Part shown: positions 48,570 to 58,007 of the stretch, piece by piece
How the letters are laid out: every line of letters starts with the position of its first letter
Position numbering within the stretch: the first letter of the stretch is position 1
From: Candidatus Sulfobium sp.
Lineage (GTDB): Bacteria > Nitrospirota > Thermodesulfovibrionia > Thermodesulfovibrionales > UBA6898
Assembly (NCBI GenBank): GCA_037380845.1
Contig: JARRRI010000003.1
Span: 1 to 64,000, forward strand
Direction of reading: 5' to 3'
Length of the DNA: 64,000 nucleotides
The notes under the pieces: model-generated
Told to the model about the DNA's origin: nothing
Database searches by the model: none
Seen by the model: only the letters and a program-made list of their open reading frames with translations
Translations under genes and position numbers: made by a program

Positions 48570-49919
48570 TTGAAAAAATTCTTACCGGCTATTTTTTGCA
48601 CATTATTTGTCATGAGTTTTACGGCAACGGCCTTTGCAATTCACGCGGAAATCCCGTCTGAGACACAGGCGGTGGTGGCGGCGGGAACGACACGGCTCCA
48701 CATCGGCGGCGACCTGAGGATAAGGGGCTGGTATCTGAACAATGTCGGCTCCCCGAGTTTACCCGGCAAGTACAATTCGTTTGCCTACTATGACCACAGG
48801 GTAAGACTTGACGTAAATGCAAATATATCGCCCAACCTTCAGGGGATGGTCCAGCTGGAGTCCAATACAGGTCAGAGGGACACGTTCATTTGGGGCAATT
48901 TCAATTCAAAGCCCACCGACATGGGCATCCGTCAGGCATGGATCATATACAGCGGGGCGGGGTTGCTGGGTTTCCGGGCCGGGCTGAAGATAGGCCATAT
49001 GCCGCTCATCCTGGGAGACGGGGAGTTTTTTGACCACAGGAAATACGGCGATGATGCTGTCCTGGCTTTTTTACTGCCGTCAAAAGGGCTGGAGGTTGAC
49101 CTGCTCGCCATCAAGCTGGCAGGTGACGGCGCAGCCATCCCCAGCAATATTCCAAATTATGGCATTAAAGGCTATAAGGGCTCAAAAACCGACAACACTG
49201 CTGACCTGGACGGCTATGTGGCTGTCGTAACATATAAGGTCGATGGGAACACCTCGGTGGGTGTAAACTATACATACCTGAACCTGCCGGATTTCGGGTT
49301 CAGTCACCAGAACATCGGCTTCACGGCGAAGGGCCAGGTCTCCGGTTTCGGCTACCGGGCGGCAGCGGACTTTCAGTTCGGAAGCAATAACGGAAGTCTT
49401 CCTGCAGGTGCCGGCAGGAAATTCAGGGGGTATGCCGTTCTTGCGGGCCTGAACTACATGATCGACAAAGTCAATCTGAGGGCGGGCTTCGCTTACGGAA
49501 GCGGCGATGACGATGCCACTGACGACAAGCATTCCCAGTTCGAGGACTACCTGACGACAAGCCAGCGTTATACCCTCGTTTATGAATACAAGATCACCAC
49601 TACGGCTGGAAGGCTTCATTCGGGCGTGAGCAACACCACTTACTACAATCTCGGTCTCGATCTGAAGCCGGTTAAGGACATGAAGGTGGCTCTGAACGGT
49701 TACATAATCAGAGCGTCTGCGACCATGGACGGCATCTCGAAAGATGCCGGATGGGAAGTCGACGGCAGGATCGATTATCATATTTCAAAAAACCTCGTCT
49801 ACAGGGTGGACGCCGGATACTTCGAGGCCGGAAGCTTTTACCCGGACACTTACTCCGAGTTGAACGGAAAGAAGGAGGAAGCGACCGTCCTGCGCCATCT
49901 GGTCGAGCTCTCTTTCTAG
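48570..49919 (+). CDS. Outer-membrane beta-barrel / porin (alginate-export-like)
   Basis: TTG start after GAGGAGG; signal peptide AFA; amphipathic strands, YGSGDD, GWEVD, C-terminal Phe. Confidence 0.85.
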   Translation: MKKFLPAIFCTLFVMSFTATAFAIHAEIPSETQAVVAAGTTRLHIGGDLRIRGWYLNNVGSPSLPGKYNSFAYYDHRVRLDVNANISPNLQGMVQLESNTGQRDTFIWGNFNSKPTDMGIRQAWIIYSGAGLLGFRAGLKIGHMPLILGDGEFFDHRKYGDDAVLAFLLPSKGLEVDLLAIKLAGDGAAIPSNIPNYGIKGYKGSKTDNTADLDGYVAVVTYKVDGNTSVGVNYTYLNLPDFGFSHQNIGFTAKGQVSGFGYRAAADFQFGSNNGSLPAGAGRKFRGYAVLAGLNYMIDKVNLRAGFAYGSGDDDATDDKHSQFEDYLTTSQRYTLVYEYKITTTAGRLHSGVSNTTYYNLGLDLKPVKDMKVALNGYIIRASATMDGISKDAGWEVDGRIDYHISKNLVYRVDAGYFEAGSFYPDTYSELNGKKEEATVLRHLVELSF

Positions 49920-50143
49920 TCCGTCGGAAGAGAATAAGGCGTGAGAATAAATAAATTCGCTGCGGAGCCCTCTTGTTTTGTTCCGCCTTCTGTAATATGA
50001 TTTATAAATCAGGGTCAGCCCAAAGAAGTCTTTGTTAGACAGCTTACCGGTATTCCCGCCGTCGCCTTCAGCGTGTCGGGATCTTGCAGAATTGGCGCAG
50101 TTTGTATGAACAAATTGATTAAGCATCGTCAGGAAGACTGAAA

Positions 50144-51532
50144 ATGGCGGAACAAGCGTCCGATGCCTTCGTTTTCTTTGGAGCCACCGGCGACCTTGCC
50201 TACAAACAGATTTTTCCCGCACTTCAGGCCCTCATTATCCGGGGGCTTCTCGACATTCCGGTCATAGGCGTGGCCAAGTCCGGCTGGGATATCGAAAAAC
50301 TCAGGGAACGGGCAAGAGAGAGTATCGAAACACACGGCGGCATAAATGAAGAGGCGTTTTCAAAACTCTCTTCCCTCCTGCAATATATTGACAGCGACTA
50401 TCACGAAGACGCCACTTACGATTCACTGCGGAGGGCTCTTGGCGATGCAAAACGTCCCCTCTACTACCTCGCTATCCCTCCCAGCATGTTCACCACGGTA
50501 GTAGGCGGTCTCTGCAGGTCGGGTTGCTCGGACGGGGCGCGTGTGGTAGTCGAAAAACCCTTCGGCCGTGACCTGTCTTCCGCCCGGGAACTGAACGGCA
50601 TCCTCACCTCGGTCTTTCCCGAATCGGCGATATTCAGGATCGACCACTTCCTGGGGAAGGAGCCGGTCCAGAATATATTCTACACCCGGTTTGCGAACAC
50701 TATCTTCGAACCGATCTGGAACCGGAATTACATATCCTCCGTGCAGATAACGATGGCCGAAAACTTCGGTGTAAGGGGGCGGGGCAAGTTCTACGAGGAA
50801 ACCGGGGCGATCCGCGATGTATTCCAGAACCACCTGCTTTCTATCGTCTCATTTCTCGCGATGGACCCTCCGAGCGGCGACGACCCGGGGGCGCTGCGTG
50901 AAGAGAACACCCGACTGCTGCACTCAATTCGGCCCCTCGATCCGACTCACGTCGTGCGCGGCCAGTTCCGGGGCTACCGTCAGAGGCCCGGCGTGGCCCC
51001 TCATTCCGAGGTCGAGACATTCGTGGCGGCCCAGCTTTTCATTGAGTCATGGCGCTGGGCCGGGGTGCCTTTCTACATCAGGACGGGCAAATGCATGCCG
51101 GTTACTTCAACTACGGTGACAGTCGAATTCAAGCGTCCGCCAAGGGAGGCCTTCGGCGAAATCGTACCCAACCTGTCGAACCACTTCCGGTTCCGTCTCA
51201 GCCCCGACGTACTGATCGAACTGGGGATCAGGGTCAAGATCCCCGGTGAAAGAAGGGCCGGGGAAGATGTAGACCTCACACTCGTCCAGAGTGAGGGCGA
51301 TGCGATGGCGCCCTACGAACGCCTTCTGGGCGATGCCATGACGGGTAACCCGGTCCTCTTCGCACTGGAAACCACCATCGAGGAGCAGTGGAGGATAGTG
51401 GATCCCATTCTCGGGGAAGCGTCGCCCCTCTACTTTTATGACTCGGAAACATGGGGGCCGGCCGAGGCGGACCAGATAATAGCCGAGCACGGCCCATGGT
51501 ACAACCCGAAGCCGGCGGGCAAATCTTCCTGA
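50144..51532 (+). CDS. zwf: Glucose-6-phosphate 1-dehydrogenase
   Basis: FGATGDLA, EKPFGRD, RIDHFLGKE, RDVFQNH, RWAGVPFYIRTGK. Confidence 0.96.
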   Translation: MAEQASDAFVFFGATGDLAYKQIFPALQALIIRGLLDIPVIGVAKSGWDIEKLRERARESIETHGGINEEAFSKLSSLLQYIDSDYHEDATYDSLRRALGDAKRPLYYLAIPPSMFTTVVGGLCRSGCSDGARVVVEKPFGRDLSSARELNGILTSVFPESAIFRIDHFLGKEPVQNIFYTRFANTIFEPIWNRNYISSVQITMAENFGVRGRGKFYEETGAIRDVFQNHLLSIVSFLAMDPPSGDDPGALREENTRLLHSIRPLDPTHVVRGQFRGYRQRPGVAPHSEVETFVAAQLFIESWRWAGVPFYIRTGKCMPVTSTTVTVEFKRPPREAFGEIVPNLSNHFRFRLSPDVLIELGIRVKIPGERRAGEDVDLTLVQSEGDAMAPYERLLGDAMTGNPVLFALETTIEEQWRIVDPILGEASPLYFYDSETWGPAEADQIIAEHGPWYNPKPAGKSS

Positions 51533-51762
51533 ACTTCAGGGAATAAGAATTGTAACGGCGCCGTAAATCATACTCTTTAAAAATGCCCTTGCCGACCGAA
51601 ACCTCCGACTAACGGTTTTAGGGGCAGGCTTCGAGGTCCATTTTGCTGTTTTTCCCGGAGTACTAATCGGGAAGCCACTTTTCTGAAAGCAAAGGAACCT
51701 GAACACCATCCGAGGATTTCGGCGATGGCGCTTACCCGGGAAATATCACAGCAACTAATGTA

Positions 51763-52212
51763 TCAAATTCCCGGTTTACTCTGCTGAGCTTCGACTCCGG
51801 CAGGGCCGGCCAGCACTCCGGTCAGGATCTGAAGCAGGTCTTTCCGGCTGTACGGTTTCAGAAGCACCCCGCTGAAGCCGTATTTCCTGAACTCATTCGT
51901 GATCGGCGTATTGGCCAGTCCGCTTGAAACAATGGCCTTCACTGCCGGATCTATTTCGAGAAGCTTCTTCACGGCCTCCTCGCCGCCCATCCCCCCCGGT
52001 ATCTTCAGGTCTAATAATACGATATCAAAAGGTCTTCCCGCTTCTCTTTCCCTTCTGAAAAACAGGACCGCCTCGTCCCCGTTTCGGGTAACCTCCACCT
52101 CGAAGCCCATGTCTTCCAACATAGCCTCCGCAAGGATTCTGATCCCTTCTTCGTCATCCATAACCAGGATCCTACCCCTTTCACCGTCTGTTAGATTTTC
52201 CGTGACCGCCAT
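51763..52212 (-). CDS. Stand-alone response-regulator receiver domain
   Basis: ILVMDDE, LLDLKIPGGMGG, IVSSG, KPY. Confidence 0.92.
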   Translation of the reverse strand: MAVTENLTDGERGRILVMDDEEGIRILAEAMLEDMGFEVEVTRNGDEAVLFFRREREAGRPFDIVLLDLKIPGGMGGEEAVKKLLEIDPAVKAIVSSGLANTPITNEFRKYGFSGVLLKPYSRKDLLQILTGVLAGPAGVEAQQSKPGI

Positions 52213-52284
52213 TGTCCGCCTTCCCCCCGGAACGTTTCACCTGCGGCGGGCATAACCCTCCCGCCTTATGATCGCTTATCGTCA

Positions 52285-52300
52285 TGCAAGGAAAGTGCCA
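52285..52300 (-). promoter_or_regulatory. Sigma54 (-24/-12) promoter
   Basis: Minus strand TGGCAC-TTTCC-TTGCA, exact consensus spacing, ~70 nt upstream of the receiver gene. Confidence 0.7.
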
Positions 52301-52319
52301 TGGATATAAACATGGAAAT

Positions 52320-53450
52320 TCAGTTGTTCCGCACAAACTCCCTGGCGAGTTCACCCATATTCTGCGCCATCTCCGGGCTGTTCAGGATCTGCCTGATCCT
52401 GAACGCTGCTCCTTCTACGGAGTGGACTAGAAATCCGGTGACTCCATGGGTTATCTGCAGGGGAATCCCCCCGGACGCTCCTCCGATAACCGGCTTGCCC
52501 TTCCACATGGCCTCAGAGACGGTCAGGCCGAAGCCTTCTTTGAGGGACTTCTGAAGGACCACTGTCGCTATCCTCTGGAGGGCGTTTATATCCCTGTCGC
52601 TGAACGGCGGCAGGAGAAGCGGGTAAATGTCGGGGTCGCTTGCCACATGTTCCTTCACCTCGTTCAGGACGATGGCGCCTTCAGGATCGTCGGTGGCAGG
52701 ACTTCCGGCGAGGATCAATATACATTCGTTATACTTTTTCACCAGCTTATATGCCTCTATGACCCCCACAGGGTCTTTGAACCGGTCAAACCTCGAAACC
52801 TGAAGTATAATTGGCCTGTCCGTAGGTATCTGCAGCCTTGCCAGGGTTTCCTCGACTTCCTCCTGCGTGAGGTCCCTGTTTTTGTCGCTTACCGGGTCTA
52901 TGGAAGGCGGTATGATGAATTCACCCACCGCCATGGCCCTCGCGAATTTGGCCACCGAAAAAATAGCGGCATCATACTTCTGGCAGTACCGCATGAGGTT
53001 GTCGCATACTTCCCGGAAAGGGTTCGACATGTCTATGTGGCACCGCCATACCCATCTGCCGTCTTTCCGGAATTCTATGAGGGGGGCGGGCTGGGGGTCG
53101 TGGATAAGCACTGCGTCGGCGTCAAGATCAAGTTTTTCGGCGTTCCTCCGGTTTACTTCGAAGTGGTATTCCCACATCTCTTTTGTAATAACCTCCATGT
53201 TTCCCTGCAGGGCGTTATGCATCTTCTTCGTTATATCGAAGAACTTTTCATCACCCTCGAGGATTTCCCATCTTGCAGTCACACCAAGTTCCAGGAGTAC
53301 GGGCAGCATGCGCTGCAGTATTTCGGCAACGCCGCCGCCGGCGCGCGTCGAATTTATATGGAGGAACGAGCGGTCCTGCAGCTTCTCCCCGAGCTTCTGC
53401 AGGAGCAGGAGGTCTCCCTTCGGCGATATGCCGGAATACTGTGTTATCAC
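52320..53450 (-). CDS. treT: Trehalose glycosyltransferring synthase TreT-like GT4 (C-terminus apparently short)
   Basis: NST.AGGGVAEIL, IHDPQP, WRCHID, QVSRFDRFKDP, KSLKEGFGLTVSEAMWK. Confidence 0.85.
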   Translation of the reverse strand: MITQYSGISPKGDLLLLQKLGEKLQDRSFLHINSTRAGGGVAEILQRMLPVLLELGVTARWEILEGDEKFFDITKKMHNALQGNMEVITKEMWEYHFEVNRRNAEKLDLDADAVLIHDPQPAPLIEFRKDGRWVWRCHIDMSNPFREVCDNLMRYCQKYDAAIFSVAKFARAMAVGEFIIPPSIDPVSDKNRDLTQEEVEETLARLQIPTDRPIILQVSRFDRFKDPVGVIEAYKLVKKYNECILILAGSPATDDPEGAIVLNEVKEHVASDPDIYPLLLPPFSDRDINALQRIATVVLQKSLKEGFGLTVSEAMWKGKPVIGGASGGIPLQITHGVTGFLVHSVEGAAFRIRQILNSPEMAQNMGELAREFVRNN

Positions 53451-54118
53451 CCCGATATGACCTCCATGTCATTTTTGACCTCGGCCTCGACTTCCTGGAT
53501 GATATGGTCCCTTATGCCTTCCACGCTGTGCATAAAAAGGTCGATCGAACGTATTCTCTCGGCGAGGTCCTTCTTGCCGAGGACGTTTTCCACCCAGGAC
53601 GAAAAATCGTCTACGCCGCTTCCGAGCCTCACCCTGGCCTCGTAAAAATGGTAGTATATGGAGCCCGTGTCTACGTATTTGATAGCCAGAAGGAATTCGG
53701 CAAGGTTCAGGGCCCTTATCCCTACGTGGAAGGTAAGACTTATCGTCTCATTGAAGTAGAATTCGTCGCCGGGCATCGCCTCGCGCGGCTCGGGGAATTT
53801 TTCGAGATACTCATCGATCGTCTGCACCAACTCCTTCCTCAGTTCGGTAATGTTCCTGAAGTCATAGGGATCTATATTGGACAGCCGTTCCGCAAGGGCT
53901 CTTTCCTCCAGGTTCTCGCCGGCCCACTGGGCAAAGTCGTTCGTATACTCGAGTATGTGGCCCTTGAGAAAATACTGGTAGGTGTGGTGGAAAATCGAAT
54001 CGTCCCCGACGGTCGCAATAACATCCCTCAGTTCGCGGAGGTTGGACGCACGCCTGCCTGTAGACTTTATGATATTCGAATGCTGCTTGAAATCAAACGC
54101 CGTTACTGCTTCCGCCAA
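53447..54118 (-). CDS. DUF5752 family protein
   Basis: Internal repeat SIFHH...NDFAQW / SIYYHF...DDFSSW; ATGA-coupled to treT. Confidence 0.8.
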   Translation of the reverse strand: MAEAVTAFDFKQHSNIIKSTGRRASNLRELRDVIATVGDDSIFHHTYQYFLKGHILEYTNDFAQWAGENLEERALAERLSNIDPYDFRNITELRKELVQTIDEYLEKFPEPREAMPGDEFYFNETISLTFHVGIRALNLAEFLLAIKYVDTGSIYYHFYEARVRLGSGVDDFSSWVENVLGKKDLAERIRSIDLFMHSVEGIRDHIIQEVEAEVKNDMEVISG

Positions 54119-55149
54119 TCCTTTTCCTCCCTCAGATATACTGTCCGGTGCGGGAACGGGATATCCACACCTTCTTCGCTGAACCTTTTGAATATCCTCT
54201 TCCTGAGTTCATGTTGCGCATAATACTGGTCGACGAACTCCTGCACCTGACAGATAAGCGTAAAGTCCAGCGAACTGTCACCGAAACCCGGGATAAACCG
54301 CACAAAGGGCTCAGGGTCCCCCAGCAGCCCCGGAACGGTACCAACCGCCTTCTTCGCCTCTTCCACAAGAATCTGCTCGACCCTTTCCGGGTCAGCCGAA
54401 TAACTCACGCCTATCGGAATAAGGAGCGACATCCTCTTTTCCGGCAGGTAGTAGTTGGTCACAATACTCTGAGCCAGCTTGCTGTTGGGTATTACCACCA
54501 TATTGTTCGGCAGCATCCTGACCCTTGTTGTCCGCCACGTGATATCGTCAACATATCCCTCCTGTCCGGATTCAAGCTTGATGAAATCTCCCACTCTTAT
54601 CGACTGCTCCATCAGCACGTGTATGCCCGCAAAAAGGTTGGCGAGCGTGTCCTGAAGGGCAAGCGCCACGGCAAGTCCCCCTACGCCCAGGGCCGTGATG
54701 AGCGGCGTTATCGAAATTCCCAGGACGTTCAGGACAATCAAACACCCTATAATAATAATTATGCCCTTAAGGAGGCCGTAAGCAAGCCCGGTGGTGGGAA
54801 TAGGGAGATTTGACTTCCTCACATAGTTCCTGAATATCCTGCCCGCAAGGTTCGCGGCCGCAAAAGTGACGGACAATATGATGATCACGTAGATGACTCT
54901 ACTGAGGTAGAAGGCATATTTTGCCGGTATTTCCGAGGTCACGACCCCGGCGTAAAGACCAATGGCTATGCTCCAGTATATGGAAGGAGTGCTGAAAGAC
55001 TCTATGATAATATCGTCTACCCTCGACTGGGTCCTGCCGGCCCATTTGCGCAATACCCTGAAAGCAACGCCCCTGATAACAAGCAGAGCCGAAAGAGAAA
55101 TGACGGCTATCGCCGCGGGAATGACCAGAGTCTTTAATTCGGGTATCAT
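54103..55149 (-). CDS. mscS: Small-conductance mechanosensitive channel
   Basis: LGVGGLAVALALQDTLANLFAG, IPNSKL, GFGDSSLDF, IPFP. Confidence 0.93.
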   Translation of the reverse strand: MIPELKTLVIPAAIAVISLSALLVIRGVAFRVLRKWAGRTQSRVDDIIIESFSTPSIYWSIAIGLYAGVVTSEIPAKYAFYLSRVIYVIIILSVTFAAANLAGRIFRNYVRKSNLPIPTTGLAYGLLKGIIIIIGCLIVLNVLGISITPLITALGVGGLAVALALQDTLANLFAGIHVLMEQSIRVGDFIKLESGQEGYVDDITWRTTRVRMLPNNMVVIPNSKLAQSIVTNYYLPEKRMSLLIPIGVSYSADPERVEQILVEEAKKAVGTVPGLLGDPEPFVRFIPGFGDSSLDFTLICQVQEFVDQYYAQHELRKRIFKRFSEEGVDIPFPHRTVYLREEKDWRKQ

Positions 55150-55244
55150 CCTTATCCCCCTGAGAAAGAAAGGCTTATTTCAAAAAGATCACGAAATAAA
55201 ATTTCATTTTTTATGAGTGAGATGACAGAACCTGAGGAAAGGGG

Positions 55245-56519
55245 TCAGCCCTGTCCCTTTCGCTGACTTCCAGGCCCCTTGTCGGCCGTTTCGGTGACCC
55301 CGAAGACCGCTGAAGGTATGGAGGCCAGTTGAGCGTCCATTTCGCCCTTGACTCTTCTGAAATCGGCCATCAGCCTCTCAGGAATGGGTTCACCGTGCGG
55401 GATCTTGACTGAGAGAGGGTTCACGGGTTTGTTGTGGATACGCATCTCATAGTGCAGGTGAGGTCCCGTGGCCAGTCCCGTCGCACCCACATAACCGATA
55501 AGCTGGCCCTGTTCCACCCTCTTTCCCTTTCTTATACCCCTGGCAAACCTCGACAGATGGCCGTAATAGGTTTTCCAGCCGTTCCTGTGCCTTATCTTTA
55601 TGAGATTTCCATATCCCCCGCTCCTTCCGGCGAAGATGACAGTGCCGTCGCCTGAAGCGGAAACAGGGGTCCCGGTCGGGGCCGCATAGTCAAGTCCGTG
55701 GTGCGGTCTCCAGATTTTCAGGATCGGCTGAAAGCGTCTGTTTGAAAAACGGGAACTGATGCGCCTGAAACTCAGCGGAGCCTTCAGGAAGGCCCTTCTG
55801 AGCGATTTCCCATCGGCATCGAAGTAATCGGTTTTCCCGTCATGCGAGTATCTGTATGCAAAATAATCTTCTCCGTCGCTGACAAATTCCGCGGAGAGTA
55901 TGTCACCATATTTCCTGAACTCTCCGTCCCTGTACAGCCCTTCGACAACGATCTTGAACCGGTCGTTCTTTCTCAGGTCGGTGGTGAAATCCAGGTCCCA
56001 GGCGAAGACGTCGGCCAACTGAAGTGCAAGCATCAGGTTGTCCCGCCCTCCCCCCATTGAAGAAATGAGGTTGTCCTTTATCCTCCCCCCGATATGCAAA
56101 ATCCGCTTTTCATACGGCACAGGGACCTTAACCGCGCATAAACCGGATTCCGTGCTCGTGATATTGAGCATCGTATCGTCATCGATCCAGTATACGAAAG
56201 AGTTGATTCGGTCATTATCATCGACGACTATCCTGTAAGACTGCTTCGGCCGCAGGTCTCTCAGCCTGTAAACGTCAGCCGAAGCCTCTTTTAGCTGAAA
56301 AAGGGCCCTGGGATCGAGCTTGTATTTTTTGAATATGTCAAAAAGGGTCTCCCCTCTTTCGATTTTTCCGGTTATCTCCCTGAATGCGTCGGTCTTTGCG
56401 GGCGCCGCCGCCTCAGGCTCCCGCCGGACCGTCTCCGTCCGGCTGACAACGTCGAAGTTATTTCTGATGGTAAACAAAGCTATGGCGAGGAAGACTACGG
56501 CTATAAATGCTTTTCTCAT
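55245..56519 (-). CDS. M23-family murein DD-endopeptidase (MepM-like)
   Basis: HHGLDYAAPTGTP, YYGHLS, TGPHLHYE; N-terminal anchor. Confidence 0.92.
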   Translation of the reverse strand: MRKAFIAVVFLAIALFTIRNNFDVVSRTETVRREPEAAAPAKTDAFREITGKIERGETLFDIFKKYKLDPRALFQLKEASADVYRLRDLRPKQSYRIVVDDNDRINSFVYWIDDDTMLNITSTESGLCAVKVPVPYEKRILHIGGRIKDNLISSMGGGRDNLMLALQLADVFAWDLDFTTDLRKNDRFKIVVEGLYRDGEFRKYGDILSAEFVSDGEDYFAYRYSHDGKTDYFDADGKSLRRAFLKAPLSFRRISSRFSNRRFQPILKIWRPHHGLDYAAPTGTPVSASGDGTVIFAGRSGGYGNLIKIRHRNGWKTYYGHLSRFARGIRKGKRVEQGQLIGYVGATGLATGPHLHYEMRIHNKPVNPLSVKIPHGEPIPERLMADFRRVKGEMDAQLASIPSAVFGVTETADKGPGSQRKGQG

Positions 56520-56632
56520 TCTCCCTCCGGATTTTTTGTATCCTATTTTAAGGTTTGTCCGGAGCATAGTCAACCTCCACCCGCTCTGCCACCGCTATTT
56601 TCCGCCGTCTGCGAAGGACTGAAACCAAAAAT

Positions 56633-56660
56633 TTGACATAATGATCGAGCAGAGTATAAT
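56633..56660 (+). promoter_or_regulatory. Consensus sigma70 promoter
   Basis: TTGACA-N16-TATAAT. Confidence 0.7.
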
Positions 56661-56722
56661 AGGAATTTATCTGGAGCCTGACAAGAACTCCGCAACATTC
56701 AAAACACCTGCCGGGAGGAACA

Positions 56723-57175
56723 ATGAGAAAATTGCCCCTTATCATTTTTGTATTCGCATTTATTCTGTTTGTCGCACGCGACTCACACGCGCTCTGCGTA
56801 AAAGTGCCAAAGGCAAACCTCAGGACCGGCCCCGGAACAAGCTATGACGTCGTGTGGCAGATTTACAAGTATATGCCCCTGGTAAAGGTCGGGGCATCCG
56901 TATCGGGCAAGTGGTACGCCGTGAAAGATGTAGACGGTGATGTGACGTGGATATACAAGAACCTGGTGACGACCGGATACCATTGCGCAGTCGTCAAGTC
57001 AAACACGGTCAATGTAAGAACCGGCCCCGGCACCCGTTATCGAAAGAGCCCCATAAGCCCGGCGAAACAGTACTATTCCTTCAAAGTCGAAAAGAAAAAA
57101 GGAAGCTGGGTAAAGGTGAAAGACGAATGGGGGGGCAGGGGCTGGATACACAGGCACTTTCTGTTCGTCCGGTAA
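56723..57175 (+). CDS. Secreted tandem SH3b-domain protein
   Basis: Signal peptide; two N(L/V)RTGPGT repeats; GWI. Confidence 0.88.
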   Translation: MRKLPLIIFVFAFILFVARDSHALCVKVPKANLRTGPGTSYDVVWQIYKYMPLVKVGASVSGKWYAVKDVDGDVTWIYKNLVTTGYHCAVVKSNTVNVRTGPGTRYRKSPISPAKQYYSFKVEKKKGSWVKVKDEWGGRGWIHRHFLFVR

Positions 57176-57213
57176 TTGATCAGACAGGGATAAGCCTGCT
57201 CCATATTGGATCG

Positions 57214-57477
57214 TCACAATTTCTCTGCGGGACCTCCGGCCGTCTCCGGAGGTTTTTCTCCTTTCCTCCCCTGTTTCTTCGCAGAACGCCTGAACCTTCT
57301 GGAAGCCATCCCGACCATCGCTATCAGCACCCCGGTGAGAACGGATAGGAACACCACTATGGCGAGTGATGCACTGAACTTCCAGTAAATAAATGTGATA
57401 GTCACTGGAGAGGCGTTCTGTACCGAAAAAACGGTCACCAGTGCGATCAAAATCAGGGCGATCAGTATAGTGATCAT
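57214..57477 (-). CDS. LapA-family small membrane protein
   Basis: FSVQNASPVTITFIYW...SLA signature. Confidence 0.8.
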   Translation of the reverse strand: MITILIALILIALVTVFSVQNASPVTITFIYWKFSASLAIVVFLSVLTGVLIAMVGMASRRFRRSAKKQGRKGEKPPETAGGPAEKL

Positions 57478-57542
57478 GCAGTCCTCCTCTCACAAAAGGC
57501 CGTCACAAACTGCCAGGTGCAAACTCGGGCCATATGCCCACA

Positions 57543-57953
57543 TCAGGATTCGACTTTTTTGCTGCGCCCCCTGACTGTTTTCCCCGGCCGGGCCGGCTTC
57601 TGAACAGCCCTTCCCCCCGGCTTTTTCCCCGGCCGGGCCGGTTTCCGGACAACCTTGCCCTCCAGCTTTTTCACGCTGTTCTCGAGCTTCCTGATACGGC
57701 CGATAGCGGCCTTCACCTTATCATCCAGCAGGGGATTTCTTCTGGAACCGCTTATATCGTATACACGCCCTCCGAGGTCTGAAATCTCCTTCTCCACTTT
57801 TGTCTTCAGTTCATATATACGATAGCGCTTCTTTCCTTCTTCGGTGAGTTCTTCCGCCTTTACCTTCACGGCAGCAGCACCAACCTTGACCGCGGCAAGC
57901 CCCTCTTTCCAGCTCTTCTCCAGATCTTTTCTCACGTCATCCCAAAAACTCAT
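57543..57953 (-). CDS. Coiled-coil protein with basic KPARPGK tail repeats
   Basis: AAGGAG RBS; 19-bp direct repeat at 57578..57596 and 57623..57641. Confidence 0.75.
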   Translation of the reverse strand: MSFWDDVRKDLEKSWKEGLAAVKVGAAAVKVKAEELTEEGKKRYRIYELKTKVEKEISDLGGRVYDISGSRRNPLLDDKVKAAIGRIRKLENSVKKLEGKVVRKPARPGKKPGGRAVQKPARPGKTVRGRSKKVES

Positions 57954-58007
57954 CTTTCAGCTCCTTTCCCCTTTCTTCTTACGCCGGTTTCTGTTATCCG
58001 GTGACGT

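Noticed and set aside
51680..51740. CTGAAA...GAACCTGAA resembling a TPP riboswitch
   Set aside because: Core CTGAGA/ACCC and GCGxAGG elements are missing, and it is not upstream of a gene
52270..52322. TGA readthrough or selenocysteine to extend TreT
   Set aside because: The downstream frame (ISMFISMALSLHDDKRS) does not resemble a GT tail and no SECIS-like hairpin is evident
57516..57533. Sigma54-like TGGC...TTGCA upstream of the lapA-like gene
   Set aside because: GG-to-GC spacing is 9, not the required 10
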